Of a DNA stretch of 64,000 nucleotides, positions 12,498 to 24,835 are shown piece by piece. The translations under genes and the position numbers were made by a program. The first letter of the stretch is position 1. The number at the start of each line of letters is the position of its first letter. This DNA is from Lepidodermella squamata (lineage: Eukaryota; Animalia; Gastrotricha): positions 2,418,001 through 2,482,000 of the forward strand of contig JBLDXI010000017.1 in assembly GCA_047495785.1 (NCBI GenBank), read 5' to 3'. The notes beneath the pieces are model-generated. The model saw nothing but the letters and a program-made list of their open reading frames with translations, did no database searches and was not told where the DNA came from.

Positions 12498-13067
12498 TTA
12501 TTGTCCAGTATGAATGGTTTCGACGACGAAGCGAATGACCATGGTATAGATGCAGTCCATCGCGTCCGAGTAGCGATCGCCCAGCGTCTGCTTTATCGCA
12601 GCTAACACAGGCTGTTCGTAGTCTTTGATGAGGCCGGCTTCGTTGAACGGGCTTTCGATGTGTATTTGCTGAGCGTAGTCGATGATGCCCGAAACGTCAC
12701 TGTCAGCAGCTTTTTGCATGCACTCGTCAACAGCAGAGAACAACCGCATCGCCATCGTCTCGAATTCACCGCTGCCGATCTTGTCCGGCGACAACCCGAC
12801 TAGTGACGAGTAGTCCGAGTTTTTCCGCAGCATTCGAATCAAGGCGTCCAGCGCCGTTTGCTCGAGCTCGCGCCGCACGCATTTCCAAGACTGGCGCAAT
12901 TTAAAGGCCTGCAGGCGGCTGAGAGGCAGTCGGCTGTCGACAGCCGCCGACGGGTTGTTCTCCGAGTCCGACGACCCGCCGCCTCGCCCAGTTTCCGTAT
13001 CGCGCTGCTGCCCGCCGAAAATCTCCTTCGATTTGTTGCCAGACGGCAACGTTTCGCACGACGTCAT
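12498..13067 (-). CDS. Globin (globin X-like/neuroglobin-like), intronless, with N-terminal extension
   Basis: A-helix LPLSRLQAFKLRQSWK, putative F8 His in QQIH, G/H helices QPVLAAIKQTLGDRYSDAMDCIY. Confidence 0.8.
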   Translation of the reverse strand: MTSCETLPSGNKSKEIFGGQQRDTETGRGGGSSDSENNPSAAVDSRLPLSRLQAFKLRQSWKCVRRELEQTALDALIRMLRKNSDYSSLVGLSPDKIGSGEFETMAMRLFSAVDECMQKAADSDVSGIIDYAQQIHIESPFNEAGLIKDYEQPVLAAIKQTLGDRYSDAMDCIYTMVIRFVVETIHTGQ

Positions 13068-16000
13068 AATTATAGCCGCCGCAATTGAATTCGACGAAAT
13101 TCAAAACGAAATAATATTTAACGAATCTATGAAACAAATTTTGTTATTCTTGCTGAGGTCAATTCGAAAATAGTTCTCGAACGTGAATAACCACACGTCA
13201 ACTAGAGGATCAATTTTGCATTAATTTAAAAGAGGTGTTCCGGACTCAAAACAAGTGACATTTGGTCTGTGATTTAAGGGCAATAGATAGATAGCAGAGG
13301 CGAATAGCAGCAAATGGAACTGCTGAAAATGAGAAAATCCCTAGAGATAGTGTGTGCAGTGTATATACGAGGTTTCAGATTTCTCTATTTCTTCGTCGCC
13401 CCTGTGCGACGAGCAGTGTCAATTCTGACAAGGATCGTGCCACGTCTGAATTCCCTATAGCCTATAAGCACATGCGTCATTAAAAGCGAACCTTTTTCCT
13501 TGCATGTATAATCTTCGATCTCGACTACACACATGCATGAGGAGAGTAAAAAAACACGATGCCTAGTCAATTCGTGCTCGCCTGTGCGAAAATCAATAAA
13601 TCAGATGGTGATTTTCTGCGTTGAATAAATATTAAAAATACTGAATGTAAAAAAGTGTGAATAATTCATGCCACCAGAGTGCCAAAACTACAACCAAAGT
13701 GTGAAACAACAAAAATCCGCACGAATAGGAAAACACAACCTCATCCGAGAATGATAGAAAAAACTACACAGCTAATAAATTTTTTTAGATATGTAAAAAC
13801 GCAGTGCGAAAAGTGAGTATACAGGCGCCAATTAATCGATTTCCTTTAACAGCGCGCAACAGTAGCCACTCGGCGATCTAGGGTGCACAATGACGTGTCG
13901 CATTAATATCAAGTGGCCGCTTGAAAAATATCGACATGGATACCGGATGACACACCGCGAGCCTGAAATAAACCGTTGCTGTGCGATGCCGATGCGTGAC
14001 TAATGTGTTTTGAAAGGCCTTCAAGATTTGCGCAATCGATTCATACAGTGGAATGACGCCAATGGGACGATAATAACAGATTTGAGGGCCCTCAAGACAG
14101 TTGCCAAAATTACAAAATAGACAAAAAAGCTTGAGATAAGGAGAAATTGTAGATATTCAGACGGGATTTTCGCATGTACCAGTTTCTATTAAAAGTAAAC
14201 GCTTTTTTGCCGCACTCGTTACCCGCTGCGTGGGCCTTTTGCGTAACTCAGAATTCTAGCAACTTGAAGTTGCCAATATTTTATAGCCGATATATCAGCA
14301 AATAATCATTAAACAGCACGCAAACAAAAAAATTGCCGCAATAACAAGCGGATGTGAAACAAATAATCGGCAGAATTACGCGATGAGTGGGCGCAAGCAA
14401 GAAGGCAAAACCAGCTGGGCCCTCGCGAAAATCCAGATGCCAGGCGTATTAGTCGAATTAATCATACTTATAGCCAAAAAATCATGTTCCTAAAATAAGA
14501 CACGTAAGAAATCCTAAATGAGGCTATGCGGCAGTTTACTACACTTTAATAGACGGCTAGGGCACATTTTAGGCAACGCAGTTTAATAAAATTTATGAGG
14601 CGGATGTTTCTACCTTTGAAACGCAACACTATTCAATATAATTAAATTTCGAGGGTTTCAGCGTATCACAGACGCTTGCGAACTCGGAAACTTTACTAGC
14701 ATCGTGTTAAATATTCGCCACTTCTTAAAATCACTAATATATTTTTTAATTACGCATAAAGGTAGAGGGCACGAGGCTGGGAAAAGGAAATCTCGCCTTG
14801 TACTTGCGTCTCAGGACGATGCCACTCATCTGCCTACAATGTCGAGGAGGGTAAGATGTGATGAATAATATGACGAAAAGCAGCTCGAGTGAACTTGATT
14901 CGGCCTAATAAATTTATTAATCAAATTTCGCAAAAACCCATATATTCACGTATGGCAGATAAATGAGTGACGTATAAGATTCGATCAAAGTTGGCATCAG
15001 CCGATATAGACACCGGGGGAGGGGGCGCCTACACTGCATGCGAAATGACAAAAATGGCGTTAGCGATTTTTTTTTCATCAGAAAGAAAGCGTCACATGCG
15101 TCGAATCAATTTTTTGTCTATCGCGGAAGAGGTATCGCGGGATAATGGAATTACTGATGGTTCCCAAATGAGGGCGCGGCATATCCGCAAGAGATAATGG
15201 GCGAAACTGATTTTTTTCTACGAGCCAACTCTCCAAAGATAGCGCTATTGCAAATTTAACTTGAATGAAAAGCAACTGCGGCCCTATGATAAGGAAATGA
15301 GACGCAGCTAATGAAAATGGCGGTGATCAAACGACCATCCATTAATTCGCCGCTCCGGAGTGTATAAAAGAGTTTCGATATATATCGCAGCTTTTTTTAT
15401 ACATTTTCGGTGGCGGAACGGGACGATATAATTTGCGTGAAAATTTGTTCAGCGCGCTTTTATGGGTCTATTTTTGTGGCGGAGCGCATTGGCGTAATGG
15501 GGGTAGCCTGCCTGTACTAATAGTCAGCAAAGCAAATTTCGCTTTCACATAATAGAGGAGCGCGACGTGATACGTATCACAACAACGTGCTGGCTAGTCA
15601 AATAAAAATCGATAGCGTGATGAAATAATGAAGTCTTCATGCGATATATTATGATATGAAAGCATGCGAATGGCAATAATAACAATAACATTATAGTATA
15701 TTATTTACGACTTTCATATTATTCAAACCTCGGCTGTATGCCGAGTATGAAGTGATGATTGACTGAACACATCGTATATTTCAAAATCAGACGCCTATAG
15801 TCCGGATTACACGGTTTCTTTATTTGTGCCGAATATAGATTAGGCCTTTCCTGTTCTTTTGGATGAAGACGGAACAATGAGAAAGGGGACAAGAAAATTA
15901 CATTCGGCTGCTGACGTTCGATTCTAATGAAATGCGACGCTGAAATTGAGCCGCTTCACCATTGTCTTGTTAGGTGTTGAAAAATGTAGAACCGCCGCTA

Positions 16001-16572
16001 GACACATTTCGAATCGATCGCTAATTTTTAAAATGTCTCAGCGTCTTTCTATTGCTCTCAAAAGACCAGAAATAATTATGCGCGCGCAGTGACAGCTATA
16101 GCGCGGGTGAAAGATTAGCTGATCGAAAAAAACGACAACTTTACGATCATAAAAAATATCCCCGAGCGGTCTTAATCTCTATTTTTTTCCTGTCAAGGCG
16201 CATTTTATAGGAAAGATTCACTATTAGTTGCTGAAAACAAGTAGAATTTTAATCAACCAATTCTTTCTTTCATTAAAGGGGCAGAATAAATTGGCTTCGA
16301 GCGTCATCCAGGACACAAAATAGGATCAAATCCTAATATACTGGACGCTTTAAACCAGGAAAATTGAAAGAATGCTGGACCAGTGCCATACCAGCGTTGT
16401 TTACGGCCTGTTGGGAAAGGAACACATTGCTAATTCTCAGTATCCGGAGACAGGAAAGTGCGAAAAATGGCTAAAATAAAGATGTTGGGACACCAGTCTC
16501 ATGCAGGAAATTACCACGCTACTACATCGTGTGATTGAATATAATTGAAACTCTTTTTATACCCGCGTGATT

Positions 16573-18332
16573 TTATTTTCCAATGCAAAAAGTGCGAAAA
16601 ATTTGGTCCAAAACATCTTCGGTGGTTATTTCCCCCGTCAACTTGCCTAGCTCGCGTACAGCGAGGCGAAGATGCTCGGCGCCAATCACGGCGTCCGTCT
16701 CGCTCTGATTAACAAATAATCGCAAAAAATCAACGGCTGTCTTTAAATGATGCCATTGTCGCAGGCCGCTGATCAGCGGCGCCTCGCCGGCATCGTGGGC
16801 CGGGTTGCCACATAGCTGCGCTGCGGCGCCAGTGATCGAACTGAGAAACGAGCCAAATTGGAAACGAGTCAAACAAGACATGGTGCATACTACGCACTCG
16901 CGTCTAGACCCGGGTAAAATTAATTTCGTGCCTGTCAAACATATTAATCACGTGAGAAAAGTGGGTCGGCTAATCTTGGGCTCAGTCCAAAGGAAAAAAA
17001 TAATCAAAACGAACCATTAGGAAAACGCGATCTCGCCTCCTCCGGTACAAGATCTATTTTGTTGAATACAATGACGATAGGCGATGACGATCGGGATAAG
17101 TCTGCAAAATCCTTATCCTCCGCGGTCAAAACATTGCGAATTATTGATTCGAGGAAATCAGGACGTTCCAGACTGGAGGGGTCAGTTCTCAGATAGTCGC
17201 AGGCATCTAACATGAAAACTAGCAAATCAGCCTCTTTGGCTCGTATTTTCGACCGTTCAACCCCGATTCGCTCGATAGGATCCGTACTTTCGGATCGAAG
17301 TCCAGCAGTGTCAACCAAAACAATCTTGAAATCATAAAATTAGAAAATTCAATTTTCGAAAAAAATATTTTAGAAATACAGGAAAGCCGCCGATATCGAC
17401 TGGCCGTTCGATTGCATCTCTAGTCGTACCCGCAACCGGTGAAACAATAGATACGTCATCATCGCGGCACCTTGAAATGAATAATTGAAATTTTGAAAGC
17501 AATAAGAAGGTTCAAATTACAAAGCGTTCATTAGGCTGGATTTTCCTGCGTTCGGAGGTCCTATTATGGCGACACTAAGGCCCTCCCGAAGCCGCTGGCC
17601 CCGCCTGGCATCGTCCATTCTCGCCCGTATACTGCCGATCAAGTTGCCCATATCAGACCGGGCTTTCTCCATGACTCCTTCTTCGATTTCATCTGAATCT
17701 GAAAAGTCGATCCAAGCCTCGACAGAAGCAAGGGCTGATAGAATTGATTTCCGCCACGAAGCGTATAGCTCTATTCTTTCTTGTGTCCTGTCGATTTGAC
17801 CTACGGCAAGGGCGTGTTGGGCCTCAGTTTCAGCTGCAATCAAGTCTGATACTGCTTCCACACCTCCCAAATCAATTTTTCCTAAAGATCTCAAGACAAT
17901 AAATCAAATAAAACGCGTGTATTGAAAGAAACCGTTATTGAAACTGCGCCGCATGAATTCACCCGGTTCAGCCATCCTGTAATTAGTTAGACCGGCCAAA
18001 GCGGTGAAAAGCGATTTGACAACAGCCGGGCCGCCGTGAACATGAAACTCGACCACGTCTTCCCCGGTGAACGAATTCGGGCGCGGAAACCACAGCACCA
18101 GCCCTCGATCAATCAAATGGCCTGATTTAGCGTCAACTAGGCGACGAAAATACGCATATCTCGATTTGGGTTGGTATTCAGGTGAAAACCCGGCAATATT
18201 TTTTAGAGCTTCTTTAGCCGACGGCCCCGAAATTCGGACAACTGCAACGCCACTCGCGCCTCGTCCTGACGAAAGCGCATAAATCGTATGCAAATTTCGT
18301 TTGAAGCTGTTAAATGGAAATTTAATGCTCAT
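16573..18332 (-). CDS. GTPBP3: Mitochondrial tRNA modification GTPase (MnmE/MSS1), 5 exons
   Basis: TIYALSSG, SFTGEDVVEFHVHGG, GPPNAGKSS, GTTRD, DTAGLR, NKID and C-terminal FCIGK. Confidence 0.96.
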
Positions 18333-18395
18333 TTCTACCCGAACAAAAAAACGAAATTATTTAACAAAATCACAATATTTTTATTTGGAAAGCTA

Positions 18396-19420
18396 TCAGT
18401 TTAATTTTGTCCATTTTTCACTAATTGCCCACAAGCGTTTACAATCTTCGTCATTCTGAGCGGCCAAGCTCGGCTCTTTCTCCTTGCAGTCTCTGTAAAA
18501 AAAAAGCAAGAAATAAATTAATTATAGCGACACTGATAATTTACTCACGCATAATATTTGCCCGAAACATCTTTCACTTCAGGACTTAGCGCGCAATAGA
18601 GGACTGTTTGGGCTCCTTGCAAAGGCGATTTCAGGAATATCCACAGAAACGGGCCGAGGGTGTAATTGGAGAAGTTTGACTTGCCGAAACTCATGTGACG
18701 ACCAATGTTAGTCCAAACAATACCGGGATGAGTCGCGTAAGTCGTAACGCCAGTTCCTTCCCAACGTTTGGCGAGCTCTCGAGTAAACATGACATTAGCT
18801 AATTTACTCATGCAATAAGCGAAAGCCGGGTCATAACCCTTAGCACTGTTCAGGTCATCGAATTTCATCTCGCCGCGTTCGTGGGCGACGCTTGACACGG
18901 TGACAACTCGACTTGGAGCGGAATCCTTCAATTTATCACCCAGGAGATTAGTCAACAAAAAGTGACCGAAATGATTGACACCCATTTGCATTTCCAAGCC
19001 GTCGTCAGTATACGATTTAGGACACCGCATCACCCCGGCGTTGTTCACCAAAATGTCGAGCCGGGAATTTTGGTCGTTGAATTCTGACGCGAATTTACGA
19101 ACTGAGTCGAAAGAAGCTAAATTGAGGTGTTTAACGTGAACGTTTTTGTTCAGAGTTGCCTGCACGATATCTCTTCGGGCTTCTTCGGCTTTTTCCACAT
19201 CACGACACGCCATGATAACTTTGGCGCCTCGCTTCGCAAAATCCCGCGCCACTTCATAGCCGATTCCGCTGTTCGCCCCGGTAACAACAACTGTTCTCCC
19301 GACTAAAGACACCTTTTCTTCAAACTTGGCACCTCCAACGTAGGATTTAATCAAAACCGACGCCCCTCCTATAGTTCCGGCCAAACTAAGCCAGAAGACA
19401 CGACGTGAAACGCGAACCAT
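18396..19420 (-). CDS. RDH13: Retinol dehydrogenase 13-like short-chain dehydrogenase (2 exons)
   Basis: TGANSGIG, NNAG, YCMSK catalytic motif. Final exon DCKEKEPSLAAQNDEDCKRLWAISEKW. Confidence 0.85.
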
Positions 19421-20045
19421 TTTTTCTAACCCGATCTAAAAGACAAGAAAAATTAAACCGTCTTGATTCACATTTTATTCATGAATGTTTTTAATAAGAA
19501 CTGTTCACAACTCATGAATCGTGATTGTGCGCATTTTTAACAACATAAGGCCATAACGATCAAGGGCTTGTTGATTAGAAGTATGTATAACAACGTACTA
19601 GAATAGCACTTTGGAGATACAGGGAAGCATGCGATGATCTACTGTTTTGACTAGTCTTTATATGTTGTCGAAAAGCTACAGGGCAAGTAAGAGTAGAAAC
19701 ATCATTCGCAATGGCGAGTTCACGAACGAGGCAAAATGAGCTACATGGCTGTCACGAAACAAGTTAGTAAAAGCAATCAAAACAAGTCGTCGAGTGAAGC
19801 AGTATATTTCAGGTCAAGTTATAAGAAAAAAGCAGGAATAAATGATGCAAACTTCATCGTTTACCGGTAGAATATAGGTACTTACAGTGCGCAAGAGTTT
19901 CGCAGAAAAGAACGCAAGATGAAATCAAAGCGAGGTGTGTCTCATGATGCAAAATATAACGAATAAGAAATGATTTCCACTGCGATATGTTCCAATAAAG
20001 ATTGAGGCGTTAACAATACTTTGAGATTCATTGCGTTTCGTTAAA

Positions 20046-20321
20046 TCAGGATGGCCCTGTAACAAGGAGAGCCGAGCGCACGGAGCCCCAAATGTTAGCC
20101 AGTTGCACTGGAAGGAAGATGTACGATGTGTACGCACTTAGAGAAAAAATACTCAGCAACGTGACATCTGGAAATTTTGCAAAAATTAATTTAGGCGTGA
20201 AACGAGAAAAACTTGACTTACTGAAAATCAGTTGCTCCCAGGGCTCCAACATGTATATCGATGTGAACATCGTCCATTGGAAATACAGATTCGCCAAAAA
20301 TCGGAAAGGTGAAACAGCCAT
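20046..20321 (-). CDS. SPTSS: Serine palmitoyltransferase small subunit, copy 1 (intron 20168-20221)
   Basis: YFQWTMFTSIYMLEPWEQLIFN...SAYTSYIFLP signature. Confidence 0.9.
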   Translation of the reverse strand: MAVSPFRFLANLYFQWTMFTSIYMLEPWEQLIFSKSSFSRFTPKLIFAKFPDVTLLSIFSLSAYTSYIFLPVQLANIWGSVRSALLVTGPS

Positions 20322-21132
20322 GGCAATGCCGGAAAATCACAACAAAAATCGTATTCCTAGATAAAATCGGTAAAAATTGAAATAAACACTCGATGAAAAT
20401 TTCATTTTGATTCGTATATATTAAGTAAAATCAGATCTTCATGTTTTGATGTTCATCATAAACTTTAGAGGGCCTAAAATAAAATCTTATAATAGCGTTC
20501 TATAACGTCTTCGTCATATTGCAATTTTGATTTCGTTGATCGCTATGTCGTATAAAACAGTCATAATTTGCCAATAAAGCATTTATGCTCCGCAATTAGC
20601 ATGTCAAATGAAACTAGAGCGAAAATCGCTAAAATGCCGACAAAATATGCGGCTTTGATTGATAAAAAAAAACGCATAGTACGACGCTGATAAAATGGGA
20701 TATCACACAACACAAAACACTGGGAACATCTCAACACAACCCACAACCATTTTGACGCAAATTCACCGCGGTGTGTTATCAAAAATCTTCTCGAATTAGT
20801 TTGTCTTCGTTATGAGTATTCATGTGTAGTGTGTGAGACCAATATAGTATTTCAATCGAGATTGTAGTGCAGCAGTTCAAGGGTGTCAGCAAACGGGGCG
20901 AAAAAAAACAGCGAAAACAAATCGCAGTCATTACACAACCAGCATGATTATCAAGGAGGTACCAGCAGAGTAAAATGGAAATAAACAAAATCAGAATATA
21001 GCGAGTCAGATCACATGATGATGTCACAATTCGATTGTTTCGATAAATGAGCGCGTTTTTTGAATGGTTCAAGCAGCCTCCAGTGTTGTTATGAGAAGAA
21101 ATTTTCTTGAAAGTGGCGCTCCATGCTCATGT

Positions 21133-21347
21133 TCAGTGGAGATACAAATAGCCGACGTAGGAACCGAGTGATATCACAGCCACTAGAGCCGAATCTATTG
21201 CACAATGCACGTAGCTCAAATATCAACACATTTCCCAATCAACTTACTAAAAACTGCTTGTTCCCAGGGTTCCAGCATGTAAATCGATGTTAAAAGAGTC
21301 CATTGGAGGTATGCTTCTTGAACGATGGATGGCAGCTTGAAGCCCAT
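21133..21347 (-). CDS. SPTSS: Serine palmitoyltransferase small subunit, copy 2 (intron 21195-21247; absent from ORF track)
   Basis: MGFKLPSIVQEAYLQWTLLTSIYMLEPWEQAVFNSALVAVISLGSYVGYLYLH*, with the intron at the same position as copy 1. Confidence 0.85.
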
Positions 21348-21560
21348 TCTGTGTCAACAATCACGTAAAATGTCTAAAATAAAAATTAGGCGATTAGTTA
21401 ACATCATCCGTATAACTTTATGACCAGAACTTTAACCAAAAAAATTTACATGCATAATGTCAGATTTCCCCAACCACTGAACTTCAAATATCACGATACG
21501 AAAATATTGCACTGAGTAGCAATGATGACTGCAACGTTTGATTATAAAATAAATATCGTT

Positions 21561-22922
21561 TCAGAATAACCATGCAGTTCTTTCGAAACCTTGTGCTAAC
21601 GTACAAAGTATTCTAACAACATCTTGTGGTGACGCAGATCGAAAAATATGACAGATAAAATCGTCACTGGAAGACATACGGCAAATGTAGCCAAAAATAT
21701 TTGAGTGACCAGAACTGCTGTTGCTTTGAGATCCTCTTCCGCAACATGGAATATCAACGAAGTGTACATCTGAGAGTAAACATTCTGGCAGTGAAACCTC
21801 CGAAGAGCGAGGAATGACGTGAATGAGAGTTTCATTCATCTGCATTATGCATGCTAAACCTTCCTTATGGCTGAAGTCATCACTGAGGATTTGCGTCAGA
21901 GAAGTCTTAGCACGATTTCTGCCAAGATTTTTCGATGAAAGATATTTAACATTGTAACAAGAGAATTCACCCGACACGTAAGCAGGAGAAACTTCTGTTT
22001 CCCAATCAGGAAGAACCGCTTCAACAGGTATGTCTATTTCATTCGGTTTTAAAGAAGAATTCACTGGTTCTTTACGATTCAATTGTCGAAGACTTTCTTT
22101 CGCATAATTGCCCCGCATTAAAAATGACTCTATGACTTGACAAATGCCGTTTTTGCCGCGATACTTTAACAGTTTCATTCTAAGGGGCTCTCGCTGAGCT
22201 TTGCTAAAATATTTGTCAATTATTTGGTCCGAGACGTCACGAATGGGCTGCTCGTATATTTCGTCAATCAGATCACCGATATCTATTTCCTGGTTAAGGA
22301 TACAGTCTTCATACTTTCTTCCAACAAACAGAAACTTGCTGATGCGTTCTACACCGAAACCATATCGATCAGCGGGTATTGCTTCAATACATTTCACTTC
22401 GGGTATTTCCCATGAAAAGTCCAGCAAGCTTGCGTTACTGAGATCTAGTTTGAACTTTATGGAGCTCAACGAAAGCGCTGCCGAACAGAAAACGTCAAAT
22501 GCGATGTCGTCACGCAGTACGCTGCCAGAAGGGCAAAGCATGCGATCAAAATTTTCCGAGGGTTTTAGTCTGCTGATTAGACCCCCAAAGCGCCCACTGG
22601 ACAACAGCGATCGAAAAAACAATCGCACTCTACCGATATCGGAACGGACTTTCTTGCAGGTATATAAGTTTTCGTACATGAGCTTGTAGGTTGTAAGATC
22701 TGAGGATAAATTTCGAACTCCAACAAGGTTTCGAACAATATCTAAAAATAGCACATAGCTTCTGGAGGTCGGCTTGCAGCCAATCAGGAGATTTTCGATG
22801 CTGTGGCATAGTTTTTCTAGTCGCAGGTCTTGATCCGAAATGATAACCGGTTTATCCAGCAAAATAAACTCCCGGATGTCGGATTTCAAAGCCTTCATAT
22901 CGGCTGCGAACTGAGTTTCCAT
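21561..22922 (-). CDS. RUN + degenerate PDZ + PTB domain protein (intronless)
   Basis: LEKLCHSIENLL and SDIGRVRLFFRSLL (RUN), GFGV...IDIGDLIDEI (PDZ-like), YNVKYL...IFGYI...FICHIFRS (PTB). Confidence 0.7.
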   Translation of the reverse strand: METQFAADMKALKSDIREFILLDKPVIISDQDLRLEKLCHSIENLLIGCKPTSRSYVLFLDIVRNLVGVRNLSSDLTTYKLMYENLYTCKKVRSDIGRVRLFFRSLLSSGRFGGLISRLKPSENFDRMLCPSGSVLRDDIAFDVFCSAALSLSSIKFKLDLSNASLLDFSWEIPEVKCIEAIPADRYGFGVERISKFLFVGRKYEDCILNQEIDIGDLIDEIYEQPIRDVSDQIIDKYFSKAQREPLRMKLLKYRGKNGICQVIESFLMRGNYAKESLRQLNRKEPVNSSLKPNEIDIPVEAVLPDWETEVSPAYVSGEFSCYNVKYLSSKNLGRNRAKTSLTQILSDDFSHKEGLACIMQMNETLIHVIPRSSEVSLPECLLSDVHFVDIPCCGRGSQSNSSSGHSNIFGYICRMSSSDDFICHIFRSASPQDVVRILCTLAQGFERTAWLF

Positions 22923-23739
22923 CAGACATTAGGTAATTCAAGTAAGAAAGCTCTACCTATACATATTGAAAGTTATTTGAGAAGCGAGTTTCGAAGAAAG
23001 AGAACACAAAATCCAAGTATCTCGAATTTGGGACGATACACAGAGGATCAATCACGAACCGATAAGAGATAACTAAGCCGGTTTCAATATATTGAAGTCT
23101 CAATGTACAGATTTAATAGAAGAGAGAACCCCAAAACGCAGTTCGTAATTGCGTAATTGCATCCAGGGATTGGGGATTGGTATCGCTTTTGTGTAAGCTA
23201 GGATCTGGGATCGTACTCCCTTCCTCACTTATGGAGTCAAATAATGATATTCTAATGAGAAGTTAACATAAACAGATATCGTATTTAGAAAAGTATCAAA
23301 TATAGAAATGCATTAATTCATCGGCGTTCATCGGGCGTTCGCTGCTGTCTTAACTTTCAAGTGGAGGGCCACTCCACTCCAGAAAACTACATCAACTTTG
23401 ACCTCGGATCGTGCAATGAATTGAGAAGAAAGGAAACAACAAAAAAGCACAATATACGGGTTTATGCGCGCGGAGACGGTGCGAACCCCGATCTCCGCTC
23501 CTCCCAAGATCTCTCGACTCTTCGATCATCGCGCGCTTAAAAGTCCATTGATGAATAAGCGCGCCATAACAAATAATATGTGAAAAACAAATATTGCAAA
23601 ATTTTTAATACAAATTTGCTTGAAAAATCAAAGTGAACATAGAAAACTGAATTTATTTTATTAATAAATTACTCATTTTGCCGCATTTCTATATTTTTCT
23701 TTGGATTTTTGGCAAAATCGCGAAATTTGCGTAAAGTGG

Positions 23740-24300
23740 CTCGGCACACCGATCTAAAGTCTCGAACAATGATGTACGACAGAATCATTGGGTCGAAATT
23801 CAACTGCTGCGACGCCGTCATCGATCAAGGCTGCAAGACCCAGCTGGATCGACTTCAAAACGCACAAAACAAAGCCGTTCGTGCCGTTCTGACGTGCCCG
23901 CTGACGAAGCTCTCCTGCGATTACGATGGGCGAATCTGCACGGCAAACGACCGGTCCACCTGGCTACAACCATGTGAAAGTGCAGCAGTGATCCCGAGAG
24001 CACCAAGGCACTCTCGTCGTTAGTCAAGCCGATGAACCAACAGCATGACACTCGAGGCGCCGCCACCCATCCGCCACCGGGTAGTACGTCAAGCCACCAT
24101 GCTAGCTCGCCACAGGCCAGCGCTCGTTTCCATCCAAGGCCATCCAGTGGTGGAACCAGCTGCCAGCGAAGATCAGGCTGTTTGCTTCTTCAAAGGCGTG
24201 CTGACAAGCCACGCTCGACTAAGTGAACCGGCCAAACACGACGCCATCATCAAGGCGAAGGGCGAGCGAAAAAAGAAGGAACCGAACGCCTCTCTTCAGC
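23740..24300 (+). mobile_element. Decayed non-LTR retrotransposon fragment (region C-terminal to RT)
   Basis: NCCDAVIDQGCKTQLDRLQNAQNKAVRAVL resembles the YCxxVW...L..LQ.VQN.A.R.I motif that follows LINE RT domains. Broken by stops and frameshifts; GC-rich island. Confidence 0.55.
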
Positions 24301-24835
24301 CTCAGGTACTCCAAAGCCGCCTTCGTGTACAACTACGTGCCGAACTAAATGATTTTTGCTTAAATTCTATTTTTACAAGCCTAGATTTAACCAAATTGTA
24401 TTTGTTATGACGAACGATTTACCTCGACTGAGCCTGCGTCAGGCCTGGCGTTCAAGCTCTAGTAGGTTCAGCAATGTCTGTTTTCGTACACCTTTTCGAA
24501 TTCCGTTTACATAATTTTTCACTTTTTTAACGAGATCGTAAACACAACTTTTTCATTTATCCATTCCGACCAAGTTTAATCCCAGACTGATGGTTAAATT
24601 CTGCAACTGTGAATGTTGGAATTTGTCAGATTGTCAGACCCCGTATCCCAGTAAATTTTGCGAACCATTTAAAACTTAGGTTTTACAGAGATGATTTTAT
24701 TTCATTTTATTCAAGGGTTTATTGAGCGAGAGTTTAGGATTAGTAGCAGTTCAAGCTGATGTAAACAACAGGAAATACTTCCGCACGCAATGAATAACAT
24801 TATACCAATACTTGGCAGATTAAGGGGTATTAGTT

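Noticed and set aside
20561-21072. Short hydrophobic minus-strand ORFs between the SPTSS copies
   Set aside because: Non-ATG starts, AT-rich UTR-like composition, no motif.
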